This document shows positions 42,078 to 44,651 of a stretch of 44,651 nucleotides of DNA, one piece after another; position 1 is the stretch's first letter; each line of letters begins with the position of its first letter. Source of the DNA: Macrostomum lignano. Taxonomy: Eukaryota. A model generated the notes under the pieces. It saw nothing but the letters and a program-made list of their open reading frames with translations, was not told where the DNA came from and made no database searches. The position numbers and the translations under genes were made by a program. The stretch lies in NCBI GenBank assembly GCA_002269645.1, contig NIVC01004479.1, positions 1 to 44,651 on the forward strand, in the 5' to 3' direction.

Positions 42078-44651
42078 ATGGAAATTTCGACGCACCAAGA
42101 GCCTTTTATTTATGTCAATGACAAACGATACGAGAGTAAGTATAACCACACTATGCGATTCTTGGATTGCTTTTTTTACCAATAAATCGTTAGTTTTACA
42201 ATCCACGGTCATGTAGTCACTCGCGATTGCGACCCCGAGATGAGTCTGAACGACTTTCTTCGCGACACGCTCAACTTGAAGGGCACCAAAGTGATGTGCC
42301 GCGAGGCCGGCTGCGGTTGTTGCACAGTGTGCGCCGTTTATAAACATCCAGCTACTGGCGAGATCGAGTCTAAACCGGTTAATTCGGTGAGCTAAATTTT
42401 TTGTGATTGTTGAATGTTGCCTGTGGACTATATTTGTTAGTTAGGATAGGGGAAGTCCTTGAATCTGAAGATTGAAGAAACTAGCTGCTTGGCTAGAATC
42501 AAGGTTAAAACCTAATAAGGGAGGTTGGACATCCCGAATGATACATCATTCAGCGAAGAAAAGCACCTGGACTACTAAAATAGAAGCCCTTGAACTACTG
42601 AATAAAAGTCCCTGGCCTGAACTATGGAATAGAAGTCCTTGTTGAACTACTGGAATAGAAGTCCTTGAACTACTCGAATAGAAGTCCTTGAACTACTGGA
42701 ATAGAAGTCCTTGTTGAACTACTGGAATAGAAGTCCTTGAACTACTGGAATAGAAGTCCTTGTTGAACTACTGGAATAGAAGTCCTTGAACTACTGGAAT
42801 AGAAGTCCTTGTTGAACTACTGGAATAGAAGTCCTTGAATTACTCGAATAGAAGTCCTTGAACTACTGGAATAGAAGTCCTTGAACTACTGGAATGGAAG
42901 TCCTTGTTGAACTACTGGAATAGAAGTCCCTGAACTAATGGATTAGAAGCCCCTGAACTGCTGGATTAGAAGCCCCTGAACTACTGGAATAGAAGTCCTT
43001 GAACTACTCGAATAGAAGTCCTTGAACTACTGGAATAGAAGTCCTTGAACTACTCGAATAGAAGTCCTTGAACTACTCGAATAGAAGTCCTTGAACTACT
43101 GGAATAGAAGTCCTTGAACTACTCGAATAGAAGTCCTTGAACTACTCGAATAGAAGTCCTTGAACTACTCGAATAGAAGTCCTTGAACTACTCGAATAGA
43201 AGTCCTTTAACTACTCGAATAGAAGTCCTTGAACTACTCGAATAGAAGTCCTTGAACTACTCGAATAGAAATCCTTGAACTACTGGATTAGAAGTCCTTT
43301 AACTACTCGAATAGAAGTCCTTGAACTACTGGAATAGAAGTCCTTGAACTACTGGAATAGAAGTCCTTGAACTACTCGAATAGAAGTCCTTGAACTACTC
43401 GAATAGAAGTCCTTGAACTACTCGAATAGAAGTCCTTGAACTACTCGAATAGAAGTCCTTTAACTACTCGAATAGAAGTCCTTGAACTACTCGAATAGAA
43501 GTCCTTGAACTACTCGAATAGAAGTCCTTGAACTACTGGAATGGAAGTCCTTGTTGAACTACTGGAATAGAAGTCCCTGAACTAATGGATTAGAAGCCCC
43601 TGAACTGCTGGATTAGAAGCCCCTGAACTACTGGAATAGAAGTCCTTGAACTACTCGAATAGAAGTCCTTGAACTACTGGAATAGAAGTCCTTGAACTAC
43701 TCGAATAGAAGTCCTTGAACTACTCGAATAGAAGTCCTTGAACTACTGGAATAGAAGTCCTTGAACTACTCGAATAGAAGTCCTTGAACTACTCGAATAG
43801 AAGTCCTTGAACTACTCGAATAGAAGTCCTTGAACTACTCGAATAGAAGTCCTTGAACTACTCGAATAGAAGTCCTTGAACTACTCGAATAGAAATCCTT
43901 GAACTACTGGATTAGAAGTCCTTTAACTACTTGAATAGAAGTCCTTGAACTACTGGAATAGAAGTCCTTGTTGAACTACTGGAATAGAAGTCCTTGAACT
44001 ACTGGAATAGAAGTCATTGAACTACTCGAATAGAAATCCTTAAACTACTGGAATAGAAGTCCTTGAATTACTCGAATAGAAGTCCTTGAACTACTGGAAT
44101 AGAAGTCCTTGAATTACTCGAATAGGAGTCCTTGAACTACTGGAATAGAAGTCCTTGTTGAACTACTCGAATAGAACTTAGAAGTCCTTGAACTACTCGA
44201 ATAGAAGTCCTTGAACTACCGGATTACCGGAATAGAAATCCCTGAACTACCGGAATAGAAGTCCTTAGCTATGGTAATGTTAGATTTTCAATATCACATG
44301 TGCCTCAGATGTAACATTGACCCCTTACCCCATTACAGTGTGTGACACCTTGTACTCCGCCGCCGGCTGGCACATTGTCACCATTGAAGGCATCGGCGGC
44401 CGCAGCCAGTCCGCGGGCTACCACCCAATTCAGGCCAGCCTAGCCGACGGATTCGGCAGTCAGTGCGGCTACTGTTCGCCCGCTTCGTCATGTCGGCCTA
44501 CAGCCAGCTGAGAGACAATCCGAAGGCTACTAAATTAGAGGTTGAGCACTTTTTCGACGGCAATATTTGCCGCTGCACCGGCTATAGGCCGATATTGGAC
44601 TCGATGAAGAGCTTCGCTTGCGATGCCGGCAAAGCTGGAGGCTGTTTGGAG
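42078..44651 (+). CDS. Xanthine dehydrogenase/aldehyde oxidase family molybdo-flavoenzyme, N-terminal 2Fe-2S domains (partial). Exons 42078-42135, 42217-42386, 44339 to window end; two apparent 1-nt deletions near 44350 and 44482
   Basis: [23 protein letters not shown]|[28 protein letters not shown](G)[19 protein letters not shown]. Splice sites are GT-AG. XDH versus AOX cannot be decided without the Moco domain. Confidence 0.92.
42600..44270. repeat. 23-bp minisatellite GAACTACT(C/G)GAATAGAAGTCCTT with 26-bp variants (XDH/AOX intron 2)
   Basis: Periodicity read directly; a diagnostic block recurs at 42894 and 43541. Confidence 0.97.

Overview
Eukaryotic (invertebrate animal) genomic DNA: GC-rich exons, GT-AG introns and about 17.5 kb of minisatellites (my rough sum). 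The style suggests a free-living flatworm such as Macrostomum; this is an inference and was not checked. There are four spliced + strand genes, all assembled by hand. (1) Septin-7, 4 exons, 2844-8124. (2) A 13-exon DEG/ENaC channel, 18651-37817, about 1094 aa. Its finger region carries a phase-1-bounded cassette of two kringle domains and a WSC domain, with the WSC exon nested inside the first kringle. (3) An unrecognised 3-exon, 152-aa secreted Cys-rich precursor, 38697-40658, which the ORF track misses. (4) The 5' end of a xanthine dehydrogenase/aldehyde oxidase family gene, 42078 to the window end. Three transposon insertions with target-site duplications sit inside minisatellites: a 2-kb solo-LTR-like element, a young Mag-type Ty3/gypsy element and an RNase H-bearing non-LTR element. 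A tRNA-derived SINE-like unit lies in channel intron 1. All five coding frameshifts are 1-nt losses in homopolymer runs, which points to sequencing error. Most long ORFs in the supplied track are translations of tandem repeats.
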